Part shown: positions 15,096-26,913 of the stretch, one piece after another
Position numbering within the stretch: position 1 is the stretch's first letter
Layout of the letters: every line of letters begins with the position of its first letter
Assembly: GCA_964606225.1 (NCBI GenBank)
Contig: CAZSGC010000001.1
Span: 30,649-73,150, forward strand
DNA from: an uncultured bacterium
Lineage (GTDB): Bacteria; CAIJMQ01; JAADFP01; CAZSGC01
Reading direction: 5' to 3'
DNA length: 42,502 nt
Notes under the pieces: model-generated
What the model saw: only the letters and a program-made list of their open reading frames with translations
Databases searched by the model: none
What the model was told of the DNA's origin: nothing
Position numbers and translations under genes: made by a program

Positions 15096-16355
15096 TTAAT
15101 GAATCATGGTGGCGATTCTTATCAAAGGAAGGAAAAGCGAAATTACAATAAAGCCCACTATCACACCCATAAAAACAATCAGCAGAGGCTCCAGAATAGA
15201 GGCTAATCCCTCCACAGCGGTATCCACTTCCTCATCATAAGTATCTGCTACTTTAATAAGCATAGTGTCCAAGGCTCCCGTCTCTTCTCCTACATCCACC
15301 ATGTTCACCACCAGGGGAGGAAATACCTTGGCTTCCTCTAAGGGTTTGGCTATACTTTCTCCCTCTCGAATAGAATCATGAACTCTTACCATAGCCCGGG
15401 AGATTACTTCATTACCCGATGTTTCCTTAACAATAGCCAGAGCCTGTAAGATAGGAACTCCACTATTAATCAATGTCCCCAGAGTCCGTGTAAATCTGGC
15501 AATAGCACTTTTGAGAAATAGAGGGCCAAAGATAAAGAGTTTAAGTTTTACAAAATCTATTAAGTATCTACCTTTCTGAGTACGGTAGATGAGTTTGAAA
15601 GCCACGAAGAGGAAAATTAAGGCAGCAATTCCATAATACCACCTGGTCTTAACCAAATCTGAGGCAGCGATAAGGATTCGGGTAGGAAGAGGAAGGTTTG
15701 CCCCCACTCCTCCAAATTCCTCAAACATTTTCTTGAATATAGGAATAATATAGGTAATTATGAAGGTCACAATACCGGAGGCTACTACTGCTACCACCAC
15801 CGGATATATCATGGCTCCTTTAATCTTCCTTCTTAAGGAGGCTTCCTTCTCCATAAACTCAGCAATTCGGGAAAGCACTACTTCCAGAACACCTCCCACC
15901 TCTCCAGCCTTTACCATATTTATATAAAGTTTAGAGAAGGTCTCAGGATGCTTGGCTAAAGCCTCAGAAAAAGTACTACCTCCTTCTATATCTTCTATTA
16001 AATCGGTAATGATATTCTTTAAAGGTCCTGGTTTAGCCTGCTCCCGGAGTACATTCAAACTCCTCACCAAAGGCAATCCAGCATCAATAAGAGTAGCCAG
16101 TTGCCTGGTAAATTCAGTTAACTCTTTAGTCTTTACCCGGGTTGTAAGACCGGGTATCTTTATCTCCATCTGGAGGCTTAAACCCTTAGCCTCCTTTTTC
16201 TTCCCTGCTACAGGAACTCTCTGTTCTTTGATTCGGGTGGGGAAGTAACCCATCTCTCTTATCTGAGAGGCAGCCAGATTTACATTATCTGCTTCTATAG
16301 TGCCCTTAACCTCTTTACCCTGATTGTTCAGTGCCACGTAAGTATAAACGGGCAT
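15096..16355 (-). CDS. pilC: Type IV pilus / T2SS inner-membrane platform protein PilC/GspF
   Basis: The 419-aa protein has duplicated GspF-type repeats (LTEFTRQLATLIDAGLPLVRSL and IARFTRTLGTLINSGVPILQAL) and three TM segments. GGTGAGGAG lies upstream of the ATG. Confidence 0.9.
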   Translation of the reverse strand: MPVYTYVALNNQGKEVKGTIEADNVNLAASQIREMGYFPTRIKEQRVPVAGKKKEAKGLSLQMEIKIPGLTTRVKTKELTEFTRQLATLIDAGLPLVRSLNVLREQAKPGPLKNIITDLIEDIEGGSTFSEALAKHPETFSKLYINMVKAGEVGGVLEVVLSRIAEFMEKEASLRRKIKGAMIYPVVVAVVASGIVTFIITYIIPIFKKMFEEFGGVGANLPLPTRILIAASDLVKTRWYYGIAALIFLFVAFKLIYRTQKGRYLIDFVKLKLFIFGPLFLKSAIARFTRTLGTLINSGVPILQALAIVKETSGNEVISRAMVRVHDSIREGESIAKPLEEAKVFPPLVVNMVDVGEETGALDTMLIKVADTYDEEVDTAVEGLASILEPLLIVFMGVIVGFIVISLFLPLIRIATMIH

Positions 16356-16377
16356 CTCTCCTCACCCCCTCTATCTT

Positions 16378-18096
16378 TTATACATAACCAGTGGTTTCTC
16401 TAACCACTTCTTCAATAGTAGTAATCCCTCTAAAAATCTTATCCAATCCATCCTTCCTCAGAGTTCTCATCCCATACTTGAGAGCAATCTCTCGAATTTC
16501 TCCCGCAGAGGCTCTCTCCACCACCGCCCTTCTTAACTCCTCATTCATTACCAGAATTTCAAATATTCCCGTTCTCCCCGCATATCCAATATTATTGCAG
16601 GCAGGACATCCTCTACCTCTATAAAACTTATGCTTCTTAGCCTCTTCTCTACTCATCTCCAGAAGTTCCAGCTCTTCCGGAGAGGGCTCATACTCCTCCT
16701 TACAGTAATTGCATATCACCCTAACCAATCGCTGGCTTATCACTGCTTCCAGAGTAGAACTTATCAGAAAAGGCTCCACTTCCATATCCACCAGTCGGGT
16801 TACTGCAGAAGGTGAATCATTGGTGTGAAGAGTGGAGAAGACTAAGTGTCCGGTGAGGGAAGCCTGGATAGCCATCTCCGCAGTCTCCAAGTCTCTTATT
16901 TCTCCCACCAGAATAATATCCGGGTCTTGGCGAAGGATATGCCTTAAGGTAGTGGCAAAGGTCAACCCTATCTGGGGTTTTACCTGAACCTGAATAATTC
17001 CTTCAATATCATACTCTACCGGATCTTCCACAGTGATAATCTTTACCTCAGGAGAGTTTATCTCTCTTAAAGCAGCGTAGAGAGTGGTAGTCTTCCCACA
17101 TCCTGTAGGACCAGTAACCAGAATTATCCCATTGGGTTTATGGATAAGTTTCCTCACTATCTCCAGGTCTTCCTCACATAACCCCAGTTTCTCCAGAGGA
17201 AGCATTAAGACGCTTTTATCCAGCACCCTCATCACTACACTCTCTCCAAAAACGGTAGGCACGGTGGAAACTCGCAAGTCTATCTCTCTTCCTCCCATGT
17301 GGAGGGAAATTCTTCCATCCTGAGGAAGTCTCCTCTCGGCAATGTCCATATCTGCCATTACCTTAATTCTGGTGGTCACAGCCAAAGCAAAGTGTTTGGG
17401 AGGAGGAACCATCTCATAGAGCACCCCATCCACTCTATATCTTATCCGGAACTGGTCTTCAAAAGGCTCAAAGTGAATATCACTGGCTTTATCCTTTATA
17501 GCCTGAATAAGAACCAGGTTAAGAAGTTTAACCACCGGGACTTCATGAGCCAGTTGTTCCAGGGTCTCCACATCTTCCACTTCCTCCGGAGTTTCTTCCA
17601 GGGGAGCCGCCTCTGCTTCTAAAGTTTTAAGAAGGTCTTCCACTGTCTCCATCTCTGCCCCATAAAGACGGTCAATAGCCTCATTAACTGCCTGTTCATT
17701 ACTTATCAGCCCCTTCACCTCACAATCCAGAAGGAACCTCAAATCATCCAGAGCCTGAACATTCAGGGGGTCTCCCATGGCCACCACCAGAGTATCTCCT
17801 TCCATCCTTACAGGGACAATCTTGTAGGCTTTAGCCAAGGGACCGGGTACTTTTTCCAGAAGTTGAGGACTTACTTCCACCTCGGAGAGGTCTATCTCCT
17901 CCATTCCTGTCTGGGCACCTAAGACAGAGAGTATATCCTCATCAGTGACAAATCCCATCTCCACCAGGACTCGACCCAGCAACTTTCCACTCTTTTTCTG
18001 TTCCTCCAAGGCTTGCTCAAGTTGTTTTTCCGTTATAAGTCCTCTCTCCAGAAGCAAGGTGCCCAGTTTCTTTCTCCCTACTGCTTTCTCCTTCAC
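16378..18096 (-). CDS. pilB: PilB/GspE-family extension ATPase, copy B, with an intact MshEN-type N-terminal motif pair
   Basis: Walker A is GPTGCGKTTT, the Asp box is PQDGRI, and the His box is GHLVFSTLHTND. The tetracysteine motif is CNYC..CPAC. The GTG start at 18096 overlaps the pilT stop (GTGA) and is preceded by GGAGGGGAG. Confidence 0.9.
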   Translation of the reverse strand: MKEKAVGRKKLGTLLLERGLITEKQLEQALEEQKKSGKLLGRVLVEMGFVTDEDILSVLGAQTGMEEIDLSEVEVSPQLLEKVPGPLAKAYKIVPVRMEGDTLVVAMGDPLNVQALDDLRFLLDCEVKGLISNEQAVNEAIDRLYGAEMETVEDLLKTLEAEAAPLEETPEEVEDVETLEQLAHEVPVVKLLNLVLIQAIKDKASDIHFEPFEDQFRIRYRVDGVLYEMVPPPKHFALAVTTRIKVMADMDIAERRLPQDGRISLHMGGREIDLRVSTVPTVFGESVVMRVLDKSVLMLPLEKLGLCEEDLEIVRKLIHKPNGIILVTGPTGCGKTTTLYAALREINSPEVKIITVEDPVEYDIEGIIQVQVKPQIGLTFATTLRHILRQDPDIILVGEIRDLETAEMAIQASLTGHLVFSTLHTNDSPSAVTRLVDMEVEPFLISSTLEAVISQRLVRVICNYCKEEYEPSPEELELLEMSREEAKKHKFYRGRGCPACNNIGYAGRTGIFEILVMNEELRRAVVERASAGEIREIALKYGMRTLRKDGLDKIFRGITTIEEVVRETTGYV

Positions 18097-19157
18097 ACTC
18101 TCCCCTCCACTTTTGCCTGAATCTCTTCCGGATTCTGAGCCCTTATCATCATATCCTCATAAGTTATAACTCCCTTGGAGTAAAGTTCATAGAGATGCTG
18201 GTCCAAGGTTCTCATTCCATACCGGGCTCCTGTCTGAATAAAGGAGGTTATACGATAAGTTTTCTTCTCCCTTATCAAACTCTGGATAGCAGGGATGGCT
18301 ACCATTATCTCAAAGGCAGCTACCCTTCCTTTCCCAGAGGCACGGGGAAGTAATTGCTGAGAAATTACCGCAATCAAATAGGAAGATACCTGAACCCTTA
18401 TCTGTTCCTGTTTCTCAGCAGGGAAAGCATCAATGATTCTATCCACTGTCTGAGCAGCACCTGTAGTATGAAGAGTGGAGAAAACTAAATGTCCGGTCTC
18501 AGCAGCCAGAAGAGCAGCCTCAATGGTATTTATATCTCTCATCTCCCCTACCATCATGACATCAGGGTCCTGTCTTAATCCCCTTATAATAGCCTCGGCA
18601 AAGGAAGGCACATCTACTCCCAGTTCTCGCTGAGAGACAATCCCTCTTTTATGCTCATGGTAGTATTCTATGGGGTCTTCTATGGTTAAGATATGACAAT
18701 CCCGCTGGGTATTAATATAATCAATCATAGTGGCTAAGGTAGTGGTCTTTCCACTTCCCGTAGGACCGGTAACCAGTATAAGTCCACGAGGACGATAGAG
18801 AAGTTCCTTGATTTTTTCCGGTAAACCAATTTCTTCAAAGGTAAGAAGTTTATAAGGAATAAGCCGCATGGCTATACTGATTCTTCCCTTCTCCCGGTAC
18901 ACGCTTACCCGGAAACGAGCCAGGTCTCCAAAAGCAAAACCGAACTCCGTCCCTCCCACCTCTCTCACCTTCTGCTGGTGAGGAGGAGAGGTTATACTCT
19001 TCATCATTCTCTCCGTATCTTCAGGAGTAAGAGGCTCGTAATCCAGCACATCCAGTCTTCCATCTATCCTTAATACCGGAGGTTTGCCCACCACTAAATG
19101 AAGGTCGGAAGCATTTCTCTCCACCACTAAACGCAGTAGTTCTCCTATCTCCAGCAT
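18093..19157 (-). CDS. pilT: PilT twitching-motility (retraction) ATPase
   Basis: The 354-aa protein has no N-terminal GSPII_E_N domain. Motifs include ASDLHL, GPTGSGKTTT, RGLRQDPDVMMVGEMRD and GHLVFSTLHT. AAGGAG lies 9 nt upstream of the start. Confidence 0.9.
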   Translation of the reverse strand: MLEIGELLRLVVERNASDLHLVVGKPPVLRIDGRLDVLDYEPLTPEDTERMMKSITSPPHQQKVREVGGTEFGFAFGDLARFRVSVYREKGRISIAMRLIPYKLLTFEEIGLPEKIKELLYRPRGLILVTGPTGSGKTTTLATMIDYINTQRDCHILTIEDPIEYYHEHKRGIVSQRELGVDVPSFAEAIIRGLRQDPDVMMVGEMRDINTIEAALLAAETGHLVFSTLHTTGAAQTVDRIIDAFPAEKQEQIRVQVSSYLIAVISQQLLPRASGKGRVAAFEIMVAIPAIQSLIREKKTYRITSFIQTGARYGMRTLDQHLYELYSKGVITYEDMMIRAQNPEEIQAKVEGRV

Positions 19158-19158
19158 T

Positions 19159-20877
19159 TTAGACTACTCCTTCTACTACATCCTGCTGGGTTACTCTTAT
19201 TACTTCTTCCACCGTGGTAATCCCCCGATAGGCTTTTACCCACCCATCTTCCCTTAAAAGCTTCATCCCCTCTTGCCGAGCCATTTCTCTTATCTCATAA
19301 CTGGTGGCTCTCTGTAAAATCATCCGGCGAATGTTTTCGCTCACTACCAGAAGTTCAAATATTCCCGTCCTTCCCCTGTATCCAGTCATGTTACACTCTG
19401 AACATCCTCTTCCCTTCACGAAGTTGGCTCCCTCAAGAGTACCCATTACCGCCTCTACTTCTCTCAGGACCTCATCAGGTGGAGTAACTGGCTCCTGACA
19501 CTTGGGACATACTTTTCTCACCAATCTTTGAGCCAGAACTGCCTGCACAGCAGAAGCAACTAAGAAGGGTTTAATTCCCATATCTATCAATCGGGTCACT
19601 GCACCTGCAGCATCATTGGTATGGAGGGTAGAGAAAACCAAATGACCGGTTAAAGCAGCACGGATGGCTATCTCCGCGGTCTCTGTATCTCTAATCTCTC
19701 CCACCATGATAACATCGGGTGCCTGCCTTAAGATGGAACGAAGAGCAGAAGAAAAGGTAAGTCCAATCTGAGGTTTGACCTGCAATTGATTGATACCAGA
19801 AAGTTGATACTCTACCGGGTCTTCAATGGTAATTATCTTCCTATCCGGTAAGTTTAACTGGTTTAATACTGCATAGAGAGTAGTGGTCTTTCCACTTCCT
19901 GTAGGACCGGTTACCAGGATAATTCCATTAGGTAGATTTATTACTCTCTGCCATCTATCCAAATCTTCTTCCAGAAAGCCCAGTTCAGTGAGGCCATAAA
20001 GAAGACTGGATTTATCCAGAATTCTCATCACCACACTCTCTCCATGAATCCCAGGGAGAGAAGATACTCGCAGGTCTAACTGTCTACCCAATACATTTAC
20101 CATTATCCTTCCATCTTGGGGAAGTCTCTTCTCAGCAATATCCATACCTGCCAGAATCTTAATACGGGAAATCACCGCTCCTTCCAGTCTCTTAGGAGGA
20201 GCAGGGACTTCATGAAGAACACCATCTATACGGTATCTTATGCGAAGGCGGTTAGCTAAAGGCTCAACATGTATATCACTGGCCCGGGCTCTGAAAGCCT
20301 CCAAAATTAATAAACTCACCAATCGAATTATGGGTGCCTCTTCTGCAAGTTCTACTTCCTCTACCTCTGTAGCAGTTCCCTCGGCAAAACTTATGTCCTG
20401 CTCGGTCAACTCCTCCAAAACTGTATCTATGGTTTCTTCTTCCACCCCATAGAATCTGTTTAAATACTGATTTACCTCTCTCTCTGAAGCAAGTACTGCC
20501 TTTATCTTACAACCAATCATCCTCTCCAGATTATCTAATCCCAGAAAATCCAGGGGGTCAGAGAGAGCCACGGTTAAAACTCCATCTTTTAACTCTAAAG
20601 GAATAATTTTGTGTTTTCTGGCTATGGGAGCAGGAACCTTGGCAATAACGTCAGAGTCTGGATGATAATCAGAAATTTTAACCGGAACTAAGCCAAAGTG
20701 GACACTTAAGGCTTTGGTGAGATCTTCCCGGCTAATATACCCCATCTTGACAAGAACATCACTTAACCTCTCTCCGGTTTCTTCCTGCTCTCTTAAAGCG
20801 AATTCTAACTGTTCTTCAGTAACCAGACCGATATTGACTAAAATCTCCTTCCACAGTTCCTGCTCTCGGTTTCCCAT
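19159..20877 (-). CDS. pilB: PilB/GspE-family extension ATPase, copy A
   Basis: Motifs include GPTGSGKTTT, PQDGRI, GHLVFSTLHTND and CPKC..CSEC. The protein is 572 aa, the same length as copy B. The start lies 11 nt after the pyrG stop and has GAAGGGGA upstream. Confidence 0.9.
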   Translation of the reverse strand: MGNREQELWKEILVNIGLVTEEQLEFALREQEETGERLSDVLVKMGYISREDLTKALSVHFGLVPVKISDYHPDSDVIAKVPAPIARKHKIIPLELKDGVLTVALSDPLDFLGLDNLERMIGCKIKAVLASEREVNQYLNRFYGVEEETIDTVLEELTEQDISFAEGTATEVEEVELAEEAPIIRLVSLLILEAFRARASDIHVEPLANRLRIRYRIDGVLHEVPAPPKRLEGAVISRIKILAGMDIAEKRLPQDGRIMVNVLGRQLDLRVSSLPGIHGESVVMRILDKSSLLYGLTELGFLEEDLDRWQRVINLPNGIILVTGPTGSGKTTTLYAVLNQLNLPDRKIITIEDPVEYQLSGINQLQVKPQIGLTFSSALRSILRQAPDVIMVGEIRDTETAEIAIRAALTGHLVFSTLHTNDAAGAVTRLIDMGIKPFLVASAVQAVLAQRLVRKVCPKCQEPVTPPDEVLREVEAVMGTLEGANFVKGRGCSECNMTGYRGRTGIFELLVVSENIRRMILQRATSYEIREMARQEGMKLLREDGWVKAYRGITTVEEVIRVTQQDVVEGVV

Positions 20878-20888
20878 TTTCCCCTTCT

Positions 20889-22526
20889 TTAAATTATAAC
20901 TCTTTTTCCTCTCAAGTCAATCCCTTTTTTCCGAGCCAGAGAAGCAGTAATAAATTCCCGAAAAAGAGGATGAGGAGCAGTAGGTTTAGATTTGAACTCT
21001 GGATGAAACTGGCACCCTACAAACCAGGGATGACCCGGTATCTCTATTGCTTCTACTAATCTCTGGTCAGGAGAGACTCCGGAGGGAAGGAGACCTTTCC
21101 CTTCCAGAAGAGGTCGGAATTTTGGGTTTACTTCGTATCGATGTCTATGTCTCTCCACCACCATATCCCTTCTATAAGCGGAGTAGAGCAAAGAATCTCT
21201 CCTTATCTTGCATGGATATCCACCCAGGCGCATAGTCCCACCTTTATCCTTTATCTTCTTCTGCTCCGGTAAAAGGTCAATAACCGGGTAAGAGGTATGA
21301 GGGTCAAATTCTGAGGAATTGGCTCCCTTTAACCCGCATACATTCCGAGCAAATTCTATTACCGCGCACTGCATACCCAAGCATATCCCCAGAAAAGGAA
21401 TTCCTTTTTCTCTGACTACCTGAATAGCCCTTATTTTACCTTCAATCCCTCTTTCCCCAAACCCTCCTGGGACCAGAACTCCATGGACGGATTGGAAAAG
21501 TTTCTCCGGGTTTTTACTCTTCTCCACCTCCTCTGCATCTATCCATTCTATCTTCACCCTGGTTTTATTAGCCAGACCTCCATGTTGAAGAGCCTCTATT
21601 ATACTCTTATAGGCATCTCTTAAGCGAATGTATTTGCCTACCACTCCAATTACCGTCTCCTCTTTAAGATTTTTCATCTCTTCCACCATTTTTTGCCACT
21701 GGGATAAGTCATTCCTTCGAGCAGTTAAGGAAAGGTATTCCAGGATAAGTCCAGTGAGATTTTGTTTATCAAATATTAGAGGAATTTCATAGATACACTC
21801 TACATCTATAGCCTGAATAACTGCTCTATCCTCCACATTGGTAAAGAGGGCTATTTTATTCTTGATTTCCTGGCTAAAAGGTTTTTCTGTCCGACAGAGA
21901 AGAATATCCGGTTGAATCCCTATCTCCCGAAGCCTCTGAACAGAATGCTGAGTAGGTTTGGTCTTTGTCTCCCGGGCTGCCTTAATATAAGGGACAAGAG
22001 TAAGATGAATATAAATCACATTTTCTCTGCCCACTTCAAACTGAAATTGACGTATGGATTCCAGAAAGGGAAGGCTTTCAATATCTCCCACCGTGCCCCC
22101 TATCTCCACAATAGCCACATCTACCTCCGGATCACGGGTAATTTTTTTAATCCGGAACTTTATCTCATCGGTAATATGAGGGATTACCTGTATGGTCTTA
22201 CCCAAGTACTCCCCTTTTCTTTCCTTCATTATTACTGAGTAATAAATCTGACCACTGGTAACGTTATTATCCTGGGAAAGAGTTGCTGAGGTAAATCTTT
22301 CATAATGTCCTAAATCCAGGTCTGTCTCTGCTCCATCCTCAGTTACATACACTTCCCCATGTTGAAAAGGGCTCATAGTTCCAGGGTCTACATTTATATA
22401 AGGGTCAAACTTAAGAAAGGTTACCCGAAATCCCCGACTCTCTAAGAGTCTACCGATGGAAGCGGCTGCAATTCCCTTACCTAAGGAAGAAACCACACCG
22501 CCAGTTATAAAAATATACTTACACAC
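20889..22526 (-). CDS. pyrG: CTP synthase
   Basis: The N-terminus reads [23 protein letters not shown], followed by [12 protein letters not shown]. The glutamine amidotransferase motifs are GICLGMQ and HRHRYE. The GTG start overlaps the kdsB stop. Confidence 0.97.
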   Translation of the reverse strand: MCKYIFITGGVVSSLGKGIAAASIGRLLESRGFRVTFLKFDPYINVDPGTMSPFQHGEVYVTEDGAETDLDLGHYERFTSATLSQDNNVTSGQIYYSVIMKERKGEYLGKTIQVIPHITDEIKFRIKKITRDPEVDVAIVEIGGTVGDIESLPFLESIRQFQFEVGRENVIYIHLTLVPYIKAARETKTKPTQHSVQRLREIGIQPDILLCRTEKPFSQEIKNKIALFTNVEDRAVIQAIDVECIYEIPLIFDKQNLTGLILEYLSLTARRNDLSQWQKMVEEMKNLKEETVIGVVGKYIRLRDAYKSIIEALQHGGLANKTRVKIEWIDAEEVEKSKNPEKLFQSVHGVLVPGGFGERGIEGKIRAIQVVREKGIPFLGICLGMQCAVIEFARNVCGLKGANSSEFDPHTSYPVIDLLPEQKKIKDKGGTMRLGGYPCKIRRDSLLYSAYRRDMVVERHRHRYEVNPKFRPLLEGKGLLPSGVSPDQRLVEAIEIPGHPWFVGCQFHPEFKSKPTAPHPLFREFITASLARKKGIDLRGKRVII

Positions 22527-23266
22527 TAACCCTGTTTTACAAGATGCTTTTTTAATCTTTCTAAATCTTCCAGGGTATCCACTCCTATGGAATCACGGGA
22601 AGAGAAAACCACCTTTATCCGATAGCCATTTTCCAGAACCCTTAACTGCTCCAGTTTTTCCTTCTCCTCCAACTCAGAAACAGGCAGATTACCTAAGAGA
22701 GTTAGGAAACCTTTTCTATAAGCATATATTCCCAAGTGTTTCAAAAACTCCACTTTTTCCCTTTTTTTTCGATAATAAGGAATAGAGGCACGGGAAAAAT
22801 AAAGGGCAAATCCTTCCTTATCCACCACCACCTTAACCACATCAGGGTTATTATAATCTTCCTCATTCTGAGAAGGAAAAGCTAAGGTTATCATATGAAT
22901 CTCTGAGGAAGAAGAAATTTCTTCCAGCATGGCTTCCACAGACTTATTATCTATACAGGGCTCATCTCCCTGGAGATTAAGAACCACATCTTCATCTTTA
23001 AGAGAGAGTTTTTCTGCTGCCTCCCCTACCCTGTCTGTACCCGAGTGATGATAAGGAGAAGTCATAATAGCCTTTCCTCCTATATCTTGGACGGATTTTT
23101 TTATACGTTCATCATCGGTAGCCACCCAGATTTCCTCTATCCCTCTTATCCTTTTAGCATTCTCATATACCAGTTGAATAAGAGTCTTATCTCCTATGGG
23201 AAGAAGAGGCTTGCCAGGAAGACGTTGAGAATGATATCGCGCAGGAATTATACAAATTTTCCTCAT
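22526..23266 (-). CDS. kdsB: 3-deoxy-manno-octulosonate cytidylyltransferase (CMP-KDO synthetase)
   Basis: The N-terminus [16 protein letters not shown] is typical, followed by VATDDERI and NLQGDEP. Confidence 0.9.
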   Translation of the reverse strand: MRKICIIPARYHSQRLPGKPLLPIGDKTLIQLVYENAKRIRGIEEIWVATDDERIKKSVQDIGGKAIMTSPYHHSGTDRVGEAAEKLSLKDEDVVLNLQGDEPCIDNKSVEAMLEEISSSSEIHMITLAFPSQNEEDYNNPDVVKVVVDKEGFALYFSRASIPYYRKKREKVEFLKHLGIYAYRKGFLTLLGNLPVSELEEKEKLEQLRVLENGYRIKVVFSSRDSIGVDTLEDLERLKKHLVKQG

Positions 23267-23322
23267 TACCCCTAAAGTGTAGCCCCCACCTCTTCACTTC
23301 CCCATTCCTACATTCTCATTAG

Positions 23323-23397
23323 TGTCCCCTGGGGGATTTGAACCCCCGTTCCCAGATCGAAAGTCTGGTATCCTAGGCCGGGCTAGATGAAGGGGAC
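23323..23397 (-). tRNA. tRNA-Glu (anticodon UUC), 3' CCA not encoded
   Basis: The minus strand folds by hand into a cloverleaf: GTCCCCT TC ATCT..GGAT A CCAGA CTTTCGA TCTGG GAAC GGGGG TTCAAAT CCCCC AGGGGAC A. The acceptor stem has 7 bp, and the anticodon and T stems have 5 bp each. Confidence 0.9.
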
Positions 23398-23403
23398 ATC
23401 CCG

Positions 23404-23476
23404 TGGGGCATGCAGGAATCGAACCTGCGACTCACGGCTTAAAAGGCCGTTACTCTACCAACTGAGTTAATGCCCC
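23404..23476 (-). tRNA. tRNA-Lys (anticodon UUU), 3' CCA not encoded
   Basis: The minus strand folds into a cloverleaf with all stems Watson-Crick: GGGGCAT TA ACTC AGTTGGTA GAGT A ACGGC CTTTTAA GCCGT GAGTC GCAGG TTCGATT CCTGC ATGCCCC A. Confidence 0.9.
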
Positions 23477-23483
23477 TTTTTTA

Positions 23484-25830
<2,347 letters not shown>

Positions 25831-25839
25831 ACGCGGGTA

Positions 25840-25868
25840 ATTTTAGTAAATTATTTTAAGAGTGTCAA
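25840..25868 (-). promoter_or_regulatory. Sigma-70-type promoter for the icd-like/purA unit, predicted to be leaderless
   Basis: The minus strand reads TTGACA(25868..25863), a 17-nt spacer, TAAAAT(25845..25840), 9 nt, then ATG(25830). No Shine-Dalgarno is present. Confidence 0.6.
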
Positions 25869-25873
25869 AAAGG

Positions 25874-26884
25874 TTAAAGAGTATTCAGTTTTTTCTTTAT
25901 TTCCTGAATCTCTTTTAGTAAGGAAGGGAGACGGGGAAGGGAAGCCTTTATCTTCCTCTCCTCTTTATGGTCACGGGCAGGATATCCAGATACAAAAGAG
26001 TGAGGAGGTATATCCTTAGTAACTACCGAACGGGCAGCTACTTTCACGCCTTCACCAATAGTCAGGTGGTCACAGACTCCTACCTGTCCTGCCAAAATCA
26101 CACCATCTCCAATCTTGACACTTCCAGAAATACCTACCTGTGCCACAATAATACAGTTTTCTCCAATGGTGACATTATGAGCAATCTGCACCAAATTATC
26201 TATCTTGGTGCCCCTCTTTATCCAGGTCTTCCCCAGGGTGGCTCTATCTATAGTCACGTTGGCTCCTATCTCCACCTCATCCTCAATTATCACCGTGCCC
26301 AGATGAGGAATCTTATGGTATCTGTTATTCTCCTCATAATATCCAAATCCCTCACTCCCAATAACGGTTCCACTCTCAATAACCACCTTATTTCCGATAA
26401 CTACTCTCTCCCCTATGGTTACACGGGGATGAATAAAAGTCTCTTTTCCAATAATAGCCTTCTTCCCAATGTAGGTGTGAGCAGATATAACCGTCTTTTC
26501 TCCAATTCTCACTCCTTCTTCTATAACTGCATAGGCTCCAATGGAGACACCTTTACCAATCTCCACATTCTTACCGATAACTGCAGTAGGATGAATCTGA
26601 TCTTCTTTCTTTTCCTCTTTAAGAAGATTCAAAATCTTAGCCACTGCGGAGTAAGGGTTATCGGCGCGAATCATGGGTTTACCGTTTTCGGGGAAATTTT
26701 TATCTACAATAATGGCAGAGGCACGTGTCTTAAAAAGCAAAGGTAAGTATTTATGGTTAACACAGAAGGTTATATCTCCCTCCTTTGCCTCTTCTAAGGA
26801 GGCTACCCCTTTAATTACTACTTCGGGGTCACCTACAACTTCTCCCCCTACCAGTTTAGCCAGCTCTTTTAACTTTATCTCCAT
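25874..26884 (-). CDS. lpxD: UDP-3-O-acylglucosamine N-acyltransferase (start revised from 26983)
   Basis: From Met34 of the tracked ORF, the sequence MEIKLKELAKLVGGEVVGDPEVVIKGVASLEEAKEGDITF aligns with the canonical LpxD N-terminus. A left-handed beta-helix hexapeptide-repeat region follows. Confidence 0.9.
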   Translation of the reverse strand: MEIKLKELAKLVGGEVVGDPEVVIKGVASLEEAKEGDITFCVNHKYLPLLFKTRASAIIVDKNFPENGKPMIRADNPYSAVAKILNLLKEEKKEDQIHPTAVIGKNVEIGKGVSIGAYAVIEEGVRIGEKTVISAHTYIGKKAIIGKETFIHPRVTIGERVVIGNKVVIESGTVIGSEGFGYYEENNRYHKIPHLGTVIIEDEVEIGANVTIDRATLGKTWIKRGTKIDNLVQIAHNVTIGENCIIVAQVGISGSVKIGDGVILAGQVGVCDHLTIGEGVKVAARSVVTKDIPPHSFVSGYPARDHKEERKIKASLPRLPSLLKEIQEIKKKLNTL

Positions 26885-26897
26885 CAAATTTTGTTTT

Positions 26898-26913
26898 TGC
26901 AACTTATATGCCA
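26898..26913 (-). promoter_or_regulatory. Sigma-54 (-24/-12) promoter match immediately upstream of lpxD
   Basis: The minus strand reads TGGCAT-ATAAG-TTGCA against the consensus TGGCAC-N5-TTGCA. The predicted +1 is near 26887, only about 3 nt before ATG(26884). No Shine-Dalgarno is present. Confidence 0.55.

Noticed and set aside
25967-26746. A 259-aa plus-strand ORF lies antisense to lpxD. A 108-aa ORF at 26673..26999 is similar.
   Set aside because: It lies opposite the hexapeptide-repeat beta-helix region of LpxD, where the periodic codon pattern keeps the antisense frame open. Its translation has no motifs. LpxD on the minus strand is unambiguous.
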